Shown here: positions 1 to 13,171 of the stretch, in pieces
Layout of the letters: each line of letters begins with the position of its first letter
How positions within the stretch are numbered: position 1 is the first letter of the stretch
The notes under the pieces: model-generated
The model's database searches: none
What the model was told of the DNA's origin: nothing
Seen by the model: the letters and a program-made list of their open reading frames with translations, nothing else
Assembly: GCF_006345805.1 (NCBI RefSeq)
Contig: NC_043005.1
Span: 105,586,001 to 105,650,000, forward strand
Source of the DNA: Octopus sinensis
Lineage: Eukaryota
Direction: 5' to 3'
Length of the DNA: 64,000 nt
Translations under genes and position numbers: made by a program

Positions 1-139
1 TATGTATATGTACACATTTATACATACACACATTTATTTACAATATTTCCATTTTATCATATTTTCTCACGTATTTTGCATTTTATATTATTCTGTCTCT
101 ATCTATCTATCTATCTATCTATCTACCTACTTACACACG

Positions 140-198
<59 letters not shown>

Positions 199-514
199 GC
201 ATAGACATAATGTGGTGGATGGCATGACTACAAATATCGATGATGATGATGATGATGATGTCGACAACTGCCAAAATAGAAAAGAAAAACAAACTGATAA
301 TAACATTAGCGAGATTGGAGTTTCATAATAAGTATCGGGGGATCTAATAAAGAAACGTGTTAGGTTGTATTGTTGGTATATATAATAGTCGTGACTTGGT
401 GAGGAATGGCCTAGCAATAGCAGCAGCAACAACAGCAACAATAACGGTAACGACTATATACGAAGCTCACGTACTCGTTGCATACGCACTCACACCCATA
501 CAAACACAAAAGCA

Positions 515-545
<31 letters not shown>

Positions 546-695
546 TGTTTATGAATGTATGTACAGACATATTTTTCGAGACATGTTCATTGTGAAATGT
601 ACTACAACACGAATATTCTCCTGGAACAATTATAGAATAATTAATTGTATATTTTTATAGACAATTACTTGAAATCTTTTATATAATGATCATTA

Positions 696-795
696 NNNNN
701 NNNNNNNNNNNNNNNNNNNNNNNNNNNNNNNNNNNNNNNNNNNNNNNNNNNNNNNNNNNNNNNNNNNNNNNNNNNNNNNNNNNNNNNNNNNNNNN
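696..795. other. Assembly gap (100 N)
   Basis: Run of exactly 100 N, a typical scaffolding placeholder. Confidence 0.98.
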
Positions 796-950
796 TTGTT
801 GTTGTTGTGGTTGTTGGTAGTGGTAGTGGTGGGTTGTTACAACGGCAATACTGCATTGGTTTCTGGCATTGTTATTTGTCTCTTTCTACACGGCCAGCAT
901 TCTAATTTATAAATGTATTTGTAGTAGGTGTGCAGTTATAGAGGGGACAC

Positions 951-987
<37 letters not shown>

Positions 988-1749
988 GGAGGGAGTTCAA
1001 TTTAGAGTGGGTGAGTGTTTAGGTGCGTACTTATCAACGTACTTATGTATAGTCAGAAACACACACACACATACACACACATGCATATATGTATATGAAT
1101 ATATGTAGTTGTATGTAGATGTGTACGTGTGTTACTGTTTGAGTGTATTTACTTATCTAGGTTGCCATAAATTCAATATATCACATAATGAATTTTATAT
1201 AAAATAGACTACGTGCCTATATTAATGTGTGTATATGCATACAGACTAACACACACTTAACATCATCTCTCTTCAAACACACACATCAACTCACACACAC
1301 ACATATACATATACATATGCATATATATATATATGTGTGCGGCTCATGTGTGATTGTGTGTACGATCCGCATCTATGTGTATATGTGTACTGTGCAGTAA
1401 GACAGCAATGTAATGTATAAGTGTAAGAGAATCATTGAAACGTGGCACAGATTTAAAATTGAATTTATCAGAAAAACCAGACCAGAATTTGTCCACGCGA
1501 TATAATAAAGAAACACTGAAATTAGATGTTTTGCTTTATGATAGCAATTTCAACAAGGTTTCCTCAGATTTGATCGAATATTCCATTTTACATCGAAGCG
1601 TGTCGATTGGTTGGTGCAGTAACACACAGGGTGAGATGCCGACAGTTCGAATCCTCATCTAGACCTAATCTCATTCCTGGTTGTAGTCATTTCACTTCGT
1701 TCACAGTGATAATATATTTGCTATTGTATGATGTTCAGGTGAAAGCATT

Positions 1750-1990
1750 GGCCGCCTGGTTGCCAGGAAGTTACACTCACGATTACAGAACGGCGATGCG
1801 TTATCTTCAGAAAAACACCTCATTTCACGTTGCGCCAGTACATTCGGCTATAAATGGTTCACCTTATCGACGGACTGATGTCTCCTACGGGAGAAATGCT
1901 CGACTGATCCGCCGATTCGCAACGTTTGCAAACTGCAACAACGCGCTTCTTGACAATTTTGTGGTTTCCAAATGACTGGATCAACGGTAG
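1750..1990 (+). mobile_element. Degenerate tRNA-headed SINE related to family D (see 45042)
   Basis: Contains AAAACACCTCATTTCACGTTGCGCCAGTACATTCGGCTATAAATG, a diverged version of AAGACACTTTATTTCACGTTGCTCCAGTCCACTGAGC in the 45042 copy. The 3' half differs. Confidence 0.45.
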
Positions 1991-3489
1991 ACAATGGCAT
2001 CCGGCAGTCTGGTTGATACAATGATGACGTTAAGATTTCTTTAGTTATTTCCTACTACAATGAGAGTTCTGAATACCTGTATGAGGAAAGTGAAGATGTT
2101 ACATAGATAAAAGGGACACGGTTCTCATCTCTTTATATGCTCGGATATATGAGATAAGTTACTGCCAGCCTTGCTTCAGATACCTCATCGACTTAATTAT
2201 ACACCTGCCAAGCATTCTTCATAGTCTACTGCTTCCTCCACCTGGCTAAAGGCTTCCGTAAAATGGGCCATAAACATCACATGACTTCCGTCACCTAACC
2301 AAACTCACAATAGTCATAAAACATTTACAACTAATTAAGGTAACATCGATGGTAATCAAGAACTGGTAAACGGTGAGCGAGGAGTGTTTTATAAAATGCA
2401 CAATCAGAAAATACTCTTCGACTCTTGGACGGAAAACTTATATTTAAGACGATGCTGTTAATCTTAGCTGACTAGTTGATTACGGAATCGTATATTTGAT
2501 AAGCTAAGTCTTCTCACAACGATTTTCGTCGATAATTCTGTGTTTATAGACACCTTGTATTGTTTTCATTCTTCTAAGCTGTAGCAACAGTCTCTACCAA
2601 AGCTCTGACATCTGATCAGGAACTCTTCTGCTATAATTACAATGTCGCTGCAATTGTGTCTTAAGCTTGTCTCATTTCTGTCGAAAAGCTGATCGCTTAG
2701 GTCCTTCGTGTATTGGAGTAACCGTGACTCTGAAACGTTTCTAAATTCAAATTTGATCGGACTAGATTACATCTTTAAAGTACGAGGGTCTTTCAATCTT
2801 CTGACATAAATCTACACTACCCCAGGGTAGCTATTTACAGCCAGGTGGACCGAGATATTTCTGAGGTTTGGACGATGAACACGTGTCAGTGACAGAATGT
2901 AGAATGTAGAAATTTCAATTAGAAATTCGACATACAGCTGACCTGGCCACATTCACTTCTCTGCAGTGAATAATTGACTTTCATAACGAACAATTTACTT
3001 CATAATACAGCCATGTTGCTGTAGAGGAGATTTAAACAAGTAGTAAGCAACACAGAAGTGGAAAATACAGCAAATAATTCTACGAACAGAAGATCAACTA
3101 GTGCAGAGCGAACAAAAGAATGCGCCTTGAAAATAACTATCTATATTAAAAATTGGGTTGAGGAAGTTAGCCTAAAGGGAATACAAAATGTCAGATTTAG
3201 AGGCAGTCAAATTTTAAGACAACATGTCTGGATGAATCAAAGATGACAATGACAGATAGCAAACAGAAAAACAAGCACAGGGATACAATACATACACACG
3301 CGAACATAATTATATACATGTACATATCATTTATCCTTTTTATATACACATACTCCCCAAACATTTACACACACACACCACATATTTATACGCACACCCC
3401 CGCATATTCTTCCGCGCGCGCACCACACACACACACACACACTACTACAAAACACGCACATGCATATAAGTATATAAATATTGAGTTGT

Positions 3490-4640
3490 TGGTCATAAAG
3501 TCCGTTCGGCTTTTGTTTCCTGGTCAAGCTGAAGCAACCTCTCAAGTTCATCATTGAAGAAAACAAAGTCGGAAAACCAAAGCTCTTAACTTTCTTTGAA
3601 GACTCAGAAGGCAAGGTCGTGATTCGATCTGGCGTAGCTGAAGACAGGCAGGAAATGGAAAGAACCAGAGTTGGCGAATGCAGCAAAGGAAAGCCTTATG
3701 ATCAGAGAAATAATGCGATACTCGGACCAATAGATAGGCACTGGGAGTAGCAAAAATGGAATTGTAGCCAGAGACCAAGGGTAAGATGAGGAGAGATCTG
3801 ATTTTACAAGAAGAGTTAAAGGAAGAGGAAGCCATAAGAATCCGGAAGGCAATACAGCAGAGCCAACAGGGCAAGTGGATGGCGTGAGAAGGTACACTCC
3901 CAAAGTGTCTCAACTGAAGACTTGTGGCATATTGAGCCTCTTAGAGTAAGTTTGACCCCTCAGATCTGTCTATAATCTCTAGCTTTCGAATACGAATTAG
4001 TAAAGTGAGGCAAATCAGATAATCCTGGATGATACTCTGCTAGGGTAAACAAACAATAGAATACATTCTGGGTTCCTGCAGAGTAGTATTGACCCAAGGA
4101 AGATGCACGTATTGGCACAATCCAAGTGCTTAAGGAGCTTGCACACGTGATAAGCACCAGAATTTCCAACAAGATTCTACGCGGTAGGAAGCAACAAATC
4201 ATGGCCAGGAAGAGCTATACTATACGAGCAACGAGAATGGGGTCTTCTGGGTGATGACTGGAAGTACTGAAGAGACCTCCCAGGATCAACAAGAGAACCA
4301 GGGATCATCAGGAAAGGTGACCCGAGGCTAAATATCGTGCTCCATTCCAGTTCATCAAAGCAAGTGATTTTGATTGCACTGGGTCATTTGAACACAGAAT
4401 AAAAGAAGCACACATTTTCAAACCCGAAAAATACGCCGGTCAGGCAAACAACTTGATGGAAGCAAACTTTCGAGTCAAGTTTCTTGCCACAGAGGTTGGA
4501 GGCAAGAGTTTTGTGGGTAAATCTGCTTACGTTCTACTGAAATAACTTTCACTCACTAGAAGAAATAGGACCAAAGCTCTAAAGGGAAAAGGCAGAGACT
4601 GCATAGAGGTGTTCTAGCTGGATTTGATCAAGAAGGAACA
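3490..4640 (+). mobile_element. Decayed HERO-like non-LTR retrotransposon, 3' part (post-RT region, zinc-knuckle region, restriction-like endonuclease)
   Basis: Frameshifted translation gives KVGKPKLLTFFEDSE, LKTGRKWK, KAIQQSQQGKW, LWHIEPLRVS..LRSVYNL, TIEYILGSCRVVLTQGR..WHN.VLKELAHVIS, RLNIVLHSSSSKQVILI, FEHRIKEAHIFKPEKY, EVGGKSFVGKS. This is the motif order of HERO-clade RLE elements. Many stops. Confidence 0.8.
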
Positions 4641-5094
4641 AAGACAACCTCCATACTGCTTGAAGGCTTTTTTGTAATTTAACGCTAAGGAAAGTCTCTC
4701 AACATGAGTCATTCTGGTAGCGTTGATGTTTTGCCGTTGCAATGACAACCAACGTTATTTCTTCTTTGAGTATACGTTTGAAAGCTGAATCAACGGAGAG
4801 GAAATCCAAAACGATAAAATTTGCAAGCGGTTTAAATGCACGAGTCCCTGATATCCAAGTGACTGAAAAGTGTTAGCAGAAGAGCACCCAGGAGTCATGA
4901 CCTGGATGCAGACCGGCCCCTTAGAGTGTAAGAAGTTAAGGAACGAAACATTTGCTTGAGGGCGGTTTCTTCTCTGAACATCTTCTGCCGTTCATCTCCC
5001 CATGCGCACTCTCAGTTACTTGACACTTCAACATAGCTGGGCGCAAACTTGCGACGAGATGGGTTCTTTTTTGTGTGCTTGAGTCCACCGTGAA

Positions 5095-6086
5095 AATGTT
5101 GAACCAAAACTAATATTATGGACACCTTAAGCGTTTTTTGTTTTAAAAATGACAAGAAAGCGGTGGGATTGTCGAGCACTGTATGTGGAGAGGATGCTGT
5201 TATGAAACGTGTGTGCCAGAAGTAGTTTTCAAGATTTCGATGGGGAAATGTTTTCGATTCAATGATGCACCTTGCTTTGGCTTCCCAGCTGAGATTAACA
5301 ACGACACCAGCCCTCATTATATGACCAGGATGATCCGGATACCGCCCAAATATCCAACTCAGGAGTTGCAAACTATCCGCATCAGCTCGGTTACATCGGC
5401 AGGCTCGATGTTTGGATCTCACATCAATTGAATGAGGCTAACCTTACCCAACGGATTACCATCTGTTTTTTTTTTTTTTTGGTGGTTTTCTTTTTCTGTT
5501 GTAGAAACGTGAAGAAATCGACCCTTTTTGGAAGAGACTGGTGACAGGGGACGAAAACTGGATCGTCTATATCAATTTGAAGCGCAAACAATCTTAGAGA
5601 AGCACGGTGAACCACCACGAACAACTTCAAAAGCAGAACTTCATCCGAAAAAGGTTATGCTTTCCACTTCGTGGAATTGGAAGAGTGTTGTCTTTTACGA
5701 GCTGCTTCCTAGGGACAGGACCAGCAATTCGAATGTGTACTGTGACTAACTGGACAAATTAAACGAGCGGTCTGTTAGAAGCGCGCAGCACATGCCAAGT
5801 TACTGGGACTCGTAGGGCATGTTTTGCCACATCTTCCATATTCGCCAGACTTTGTACCATCAAATTTCCACCTGTTTTGGCCTCTTCAAAATTCATTGAA
5901 TGGACAGACCTTCAGCTCTGAAGAAGATGTAAACCTTCACCTGGGAAAGTTTGTCGCTCGTAAAGACAGGAAATTCTTTGAGCTAGGAATAATAGATTTG
6001 CCCGCAAGATGGCAGAATTTACCGAAACGAAACGGTAATTACATCACTGATTGAATAAACCGGGACTTTTTGACCGACCCAGTTTA
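5095..6086 (+). mobile_element. Mariner (Mos1-like) transposase pseudogene
   Basis: Fragments VCGEDAVMKRVCQK.FSRFRWGN, KAELHPKKVML, FYELLP, VYC, PHLPYSPDFVPSNFHLFWPLQNSLNG, GIIDLPARWQ...NGNYI (degenerate WVPHEL/YSPDL-type family). A mariner-like TIR, TTTTTGACCGACCCAGT, lies at about 6068-6084. Confidence 0.92.
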
Positions 6087-6651
6087 TATGAATCAGAAGA
6101 TTTTACAGATATTAGACAGACAAACAGGCTAACAGATCTAGATTATATATAGATATGTAGGCGTATAATAGTATATATATATATGGAATATGTTAATTAG
6201 AATTAGACCAAAGCCTTGTGAGTAGATTTTGTGAATGGAAACTGAAAGAAGCCCGTCATGTGTGTGTGTGTGTGTGTGGTGTGTGTGTGTGTGTGTGTAG
6301 GTGTGCATATGTATATGTGTGTGCGTTTTTGTGATTGTGCTTGTCTATCACCATTGTTTGACAATCGGTGCTGGTTCGTTTACGTCTCCGCCCCTTTGCT
6401 GTTGGGCAAAGAGACCAATAGAATAAGTACGCGGCTTTCAGAAACTAAATACTAGAGAAGTGTGTAACATTATTGCGAATTCTTCACTGATCTACGTTGT
6501 AAATTGAATTTTGATATACAGTTTCCGGCCAATTTCAGTGTAACCTCAAAACACACAGACATACGCACGCGCACATGCATGTATATAATGAGAGAATATA
6601 CATACATACATACATACATACGTACATACGTACATACGTACGTACATACAT

Positions 6652-6690
<39 letters not shown>

Positions 6691-6708
6691 CACCACACAC
6701 ACACACAC

Positions 6709-6742
<34 letters not shown>

Positions 6743-6751
6743 ATATATATA

Positions 6752-6912
6752 TTTGGGAGAGTTCACGAAAAAAACAAAAGACGAAGACAGGTGGTGTACA
6801 AACAAACAGATGAATTAGTATAACACTCAGGAATTGAAAAAGTCTTTTACGTTTCGAGCCTACGCTCTTCTACAGAAAGGGACACAGAAAAAAAAAACAA
6901 AGAGAGAAACAA
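6752..6912 (-). mobile_element. Short Penelope-type terminal repeat (solo pLTR-like) between (TA)n tracts
   Basis: Non-microsatellite island carrying a minimal hammerhead. No RT or GIY-YIG ORF nearby. Confidence 0.6.
6844..6879 (-). ncRNA. Minimal type-I hammerhead ribozyme motif, core variant CUGUAGA
   Basis: Minus strand reads CTTT-CTGTAGA-A-GAGC GTAG GCTC-GAAA-CGT-A-AAAG: stem I CTTT/AAAG, 4-bp stem II, palindromic ACGU stem III, GUA triplet. Confidence 0.65.
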
Positions 6913-7131
6913 GATATATATATATATATATAGATAGATAGATAGATATAGATATGTATATGTACACACACATGTATATGCGTGTGTGTGTGTGCGTGTG
7001 TGTTTATATGTATATGTATATATATATAAGTCGATAGATAAATAGTTTGATTGATAGTTGCTTGAGAGTGAAATGCCGTTTAGACACTGAGGATTAAAAC
7101 ATAACTATAAAAATTAAAAGAGATATGGAAT

Positions 7132-7180
<49 letters not shown>

Positions 7181-10126
7181 GGGGGTGAGTAGTGAAGAGG
7201 GGATGTTGATATTAGAGGAGAGAAGATTTGTGGAAAGTGGTGTTGGGCGAGGGTGGAAGAACGGACCAATGTTGTTTATATCAATCAGTGACTATGGTAG
7301 CATCAGATCACGAATGAATAGTTCCCTTGATACGACAGTCTTAATTAGATTGATGCTGGGGTCTATGATGATGCTGTCAATAATGATGATGATGATGATG
7401 ATGACAAAGACGACGACGATGACGACAATAGCGGAGAAGATAACGACGACGACGACGACGTGATGGTGATGGTTGTGCTTATACTTGTGGTAGTGATGGT
7501 GGAGATGAAGACGTCGGCGACGGAGGAGAATATGCTAGTGATGATGACAGCAATGATGACGAGAAGAAACAGGGGGAGGCGGGGGGTGTGGGGTGGGATT
7601 CAGAGGGAGGAGAAGTTCGTAGGATGACGGAGGGGGTGAGGGGGATGAATTTGCTAATTGTTGGTGACGGTGGGGATATACAATTGCTAATGATTACTGC
7701 GATGATGATGATGATGATGATGACGGCGACGACCGACGATGATAGAGCATCCGTTATCTGTTATGGTTTTGTTGTTGTTGTTGATATTGTGGTTGCAACT
7801 ATTTAATTTAGTCGAAATGTGTTGTGGTGTGTGTGTGTGTGTGGTGGATCGTGGTGTAGGAGTGTGCGATATAGATGAGGGGAGGGCAGGGGTGGTGGGG
7901 TTTTTTTCTACCATTTTATCTTTTAATTTAATTTCATTATAGTCTTTCCATCGATCTTTATCTTCCCCTCCTTCTATCCCTTTACTTATGGATGTTTAAT
8001 TATATATACATATATATGTATATGTGTGCATGTGTGCATGTGTGTGTTTATGTGTGTGTGTGTTTGTGTGTGTGTGCATCCAGTCAAATACACACACACA
8101 CACACATATGCACACACATTCGCACACATAATCTCAGAAGGCCTGTGAGAGCGTATGTGAACATGTGTGTTTTTCTTAGTATATTTATATTTATGTATCT
8201 GTGTGTATCTGTGTGTATCTGTGTGTATCTGTGTGTATGTGTGTGTATCTGTGTGTATCTGTGTGTATGTGTGTGTTCGCCTATATTTGTGTGAATGCGT
8301 TGGATGGAGTGATTTACATCTCTCCATCTCTTTTCTATACTTATTTCACCATTTCTACCTCTTTCCCACCCTTTATTCCCTTACTCTTTCTATTTTCTCC
8401 TCTTTCTAAACCATTCCGTGTGCATATACGAATATGTGTTGCGTTTCTTCCTGTATATATCAGTTCCTGTGTGTATATGTGCAAATATATAGCCATATTT
8501 CCACATGTGTATGTATGAGTGTGTATAACAAACTCTGTCCCAGTGTATGTCTTTACGTAACACATTGCGTGCGTCTACGTGAGTTATTTAAATTGTTTTA
8601 CAATTGACTAAACCCACATTCGGAAGATCAAAAGTTTAATGTAAAATTTTTGCCTTTGAAATTTTTATATTTGAAAAATAATAAAAAATTACAATTTTTT
8701 TTATATTTATTTCCTTCCCTTTTATTATCATTTTATTATTATTATTTTTTCAAGTATCTTTTAGTTTATTACATGAGTGAGTGGTCGGTTATTGTCTAAT
8801 TGGGTGTGGTTTCATACATTTTTTTACTCTATTTCCTCACCCACCTCCCGCTGGTTTTCATTTAGTGTTCTTTATACTATTATGTGTTTTTGTGTGTATT
8901 GTAGTCAAGTGAGTGTTTTAGGGATATTTATATAGCTTTGAGATTTTTTTTTTCTCTCCGTTTTTGACTTCGCTCGTTGGTTTTTGGTCGTTCATTCTGT
9001 TTCGTTTTATTTGATCGATTTTATTTTTATTATATTCTAGTTTTAGTTTTCATTGATTTACCGATTCATTGCGTTGGTTTTTAATTTTAGATTTAATGTT
9101 ATTTTAAAACAACAAAATATGAATACATATAAAAATACATACACATACATATATACATACATACACATACATACATATATATATATATATACACGTACAT
9201 ACAGTAGCAATAACAAGATCAATTTAAATAACCAAATAAGTTCAGCTCTTTAAACTAACCAGTCCACTCTGATCTTCAGATCTTTTGTTCTTTTTCTCTT
9301 AATTTTATATTTGATGTTTTATATTTTTCTCTCGTTATTTTTTTATTTGTATTTAGTTCTTGAAATATATATATATATATGTATATATATATATTTTTTC
9401 TTTTATATTTTTAATGTTTTCTAAAACGCTTTCGCCGGATAGAGAAATTTCACGTTGAGATTTTAAATACTAGTTTTCGTATGTGAGTGTGTGCTCGTGT
9501 GTATGTATGTACGTACGTACGTACGAATGTGTGTACGTATTTATGGATATATATATATATATATACGTACACAAATGAAGCACTCACACACTTTTTGCGC
9601 ATATGTAGGTGTCTGGATTTATGTGACTTTTATATTTGTATTTTTGAGAATATATACATACATAACTATACATTTCTGGAATATATATTCACGCATACGC
9701 TTATAATACTTGCTCCCCACCACACCCACACACTTTTAAATATACGCGCGCACGCGCACACATATGTGTGTGTGTGTGTATGTATGTATGTATCTATTAA
9801 TGCGTGTAGATGTAGCTATAAATTGTTTTTTTCTTTTGAAGTGTATACATCATTTGGTGTCTACTGCTGAGGACCTTTCTACCATGTCCGAGTACTAATG
9901 TAGTTCGCTTCTCTTTTATAACCTTCTCCGCCTAACATCTTCTCTTTAACCATTTTCTTTCTTTCTTTCTTTCTTTCTTTCTGTCTTTCTTTCTGTCTGT
10001 CTTTCTTTCTGTCTGTCTGTCTTTCTGTCTCTGTCTGTCTGTCTGTCTTTCTGTCTCTGTCTGTCTGTCTGTCTTTCTTTCTTTCTTTCTTTCTTTCTTT
10101 TCACATCTTCCTCACTCTCTTCCTCC

Positions 10127-10170
<44 letters not shown>

Positions 10171-10653
10171 ATATATAAATTAACATCTGCGGCCACACAG
10201 CTTCTATTTCAAGGATTCTAAAATTGTCAGTCGTAAGTGCACTTTGATTTGTTTTCGCGTGTATATGCACACATACACACATACACTCAAACACATACGT
10301 ACATAAGCAACTACAGATACACACTTTCCAAACCCACCCCAACCCCCCACACAACTATTTTCATGTTCATGTGCGCACGTGGCGACCACTTGTCTGCATA
10401 CCATTGCACGTACCAATGAGTGCATGTTTCACATCGATGATATGTAAAGATATCACTGCTGCACGTCACACAACCATTAACGACTCTACTGGTCTCCAGT
10501 GGGTTACATATTCCCATGGTTACACTGGATCTCCTATTACCACACTCCTAATATCGGGGTAGGTGACTGATTCCTCAAGGGTTTAACAGATCTCAACTTA
10601 AGGAATATAACTAGTGTTCCTCACTCACGTTTTCTATTATCCCAATTATTACC

Positions 10654-10884
10654 TATTTCTTTACAACCCACAAGGGGCTAAACACAGAGGGGACGAACAA
10701 GGACAAACAAACGGATTAAGTCGATTATATCGATCCGAGTGCGTAACTGGTACCTAATTTATCGACCCCGAAAGGATGAAAGGCAAAGTCGACCTCGGCG
10801 GAATTTGAACTCAGAACGTGGCGGCAGACGAAATACTGCTAAGCATTTCGCACGGTGTGCTAACGTTTCTGCCAGCTCATCGCC
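10654..10884 (-). mobile_element. SINE family A (tRNA-derived), full length
   Basis: Reverse complement of the 27371 copy, with head, B-box GAGTTCAAATTCC and tail AGCCCCTTGTGGG..TAAAGAAATA. Confidence 0.9.
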
Positions 10885-11584
10885 TTAATTAGGTAATAAT
10901 CCCAATTATTACCACTGTCATCTCTAATTCCATTATCACTATATTATCAAACCCCACCATTACAACTACTTCCATCACAAGTACCAGTAATATACTGTGA
11001 TCTAATAGAGGTGGTGATAATACCTCTACTAGAGGTTGTGAAGATAAAGTTTTGGGTTTCTGATTCATGTATCATGTGTCTAAATTTCCTGTTGGTATTT
11101 ATTTTGTTGCTGACACCGTATTTATTTCCACCGACTTCATTATACCCAGCAAGGTTTTGTGCGTTAGTTAGTCACGTTAAGCCAGGTAAAACGGTAATTT
11201 GTTGCTACCTATATTATTTTATAGAAAACAGGTTTCCTATAGTTTCAAGGTAAATTTCAATTTTAGGGGATCCTGTTGTTTTTATTTTTATAACAATTAT
11301 TATGAATAAATGATGTCGTAGCATTGTATTGCACGTCTCCTCTTATGATTTTTATCTTGAACTTGAAAAAATTACAGGTACACGACGAACAGGACAATCG
11401 AATTTCAGTTATGTAAGTGAGATATTTATCAACAATGTTGTAAACCTCCCGTACTTCATTATATGAATTCTGAGCTCAATTGATACTCTAGTATCTATGT
11501 GTGTGTGTGTGTGTATGTGTGTGTCTATGTGTGTGTGTGTGTATGTTTGTGTGTGTGTGTATGTAGTGTGTGTATATGTGTGTG

Positions 11585-11633
<49 letters not shown>

Positions 11634-12527
11634 AACAGAGCAAGGGTCTGAAAGTCAAAAGATGTCAGGTGAGTTATGCAGTGGAGTTGATTCCTTTAAC
11701 ATTTGCCTAAGGATTCCTGGCATTCCACCATTTTAGCAGATTGTTATACATATTGCGTTGCGGACGCCTGGCCAAGTGGTTAGCATGCTGCGCTCACGAT
11801 CGCGAAATCGTGGTTTCAATTTCAACTTCATCTCACGTTGCTCCGTCATCACTTATTCACCTGAAGCGTGGTACAACGTGCACCTGTTCAAACAGCGTCG
11901 ATTTGATGGAGTGAGCCAATGTACAGCACATGCATTTGATCCCTATAAACAAACCATTTCTCGGACCCCGGGAGACTGCCATCATTATAGATATTGTTAA
12001 GATAGTTGTCAGAATCATTTAAGGGGTCAAATACTGGCTTTACATTCTGAGCTCAATTCGCACTGAGGTTAACTTCGTTTTTCATACCAGAACGGTTATT
12101 AAAATAAAGTGCCAGATAAGTATTTAGGTCGATTTCATCGACTAACCCCCACTCCAAATCTTAGGCTTTGTGCCATTTATTTGTGCCCATAATTATTATT
12201 GACACTACTTGCACTGAGATTTGGGGTTCGTTTGTGCTGCATTCCTGGAAATAACCTCATTAATCCCTCACAGACTTATATCCGTTTGTTCCTTCTTTAC
12301 TATTTTCTATTCATCGAACGGCTAAGATGCTTCGTGAAGTTAAGGGATGTACATACATACGCATGTAGAAAGAGAGAAAGAAAGAGAGGGGGAAGGACAG
12401 TTACCTATGTGTTTATATACTGATGTCTAATGGTGCATATTTAAATCTATAATATCACATGCGAATTCATGTAATCTATACCGAATGCATTCTGTAATCT
12501 ATGCATATATATATATATATTTATATA

Positions 12528-12696
12528 TATTTCTTTACTACCCACAAGGACAGTCAAACGGATTAAGTCAATTACATCGACCCCAGTGCGTAACTGGTAC
12601 TTAATTTATCTGCAATTTATCGACACCGAAAGGATGAAAGGCAAAGTCGACCTCGGCGGAATTTGAACCCAAAACGTAACGGCAGACGAAATACGG

Positions 12697-12698
<2 letters not shown>
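12528..12698 (-). mobile_element. SINE family A, partial with internal deletion
   Basis: Near-identical body sequence; head missing. Confidence 0.85.
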
Positions 12699-12748
<50 letters not shown>

Positions 12749-12750
<2 letters not shown>

Positions 12751-13140
12751 TAGCAGCATAGCCCGGCGTTGCCCGGGTATGTAAGAGCCCCTAGTAGACA
12801 ACGACTAATCCCAATCTAGTTCTTTCCCTCTAGGGAACGAAGGCAAATGTATAGGTTGCAATATCTTCTCTTCACTCGAATACTTCTATGTATACGATGT
12901 TCCTAGCTGTCTCCCGACAGAAAATGTGTTGCATATAAAAAGCTTAGATTCTCGACCCCATGTCGAATTTATCGATTTTTTTCAGAACTGGGGGAACTTT
13001 TCAAAAGTTTCGCTGCGTTGGTTTTGAATTATGACATTGCGCTATGTGTGTGTCAAGTTTCATCAGAATCGGTTGAAAGCCGTGGTCAGGGTGAAGGTAC
13101 AACCTGACAGCCACACAGACACACAGACAGACAAACTGCC

Positions 13141-13150
<10 letters not shown>
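12749..13150 (+). mobile_element. Non-autonomous Helitron-like element (Lep1/HINE type)
   Basis: Starts ACTAGCAGCATAG-CCCGG-CGTTGC-CCGGG (5' hairpin). Ends CAAGTTTCATCAGAATCGGTTGAAAGCCGTG...ACAGACACACAGACAGACAAACTGCCGTTTATATA. Embedded in (TA)n. Confidence 0.7.

Positions 13151-13171
<21 letters not shown>

Noticed and set aside
1530-1575. Hammerhead-like CTGAGGA..GAAA on the minus strand
   Set aside because: Stem II is only 3 bp with a triloop and no stem I can form; likely chance.
1435-1975. Tc1/maT transposase fragments
   Set aside because: The motif resemblance is marginal, and 1750-1990 is better explained as a degenerate SINE.
9225-9285. CTGAAGA in a Penelope-like AT-rich island (minus strand)
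   Set aside because: No GAAA follows the candidate stem II.
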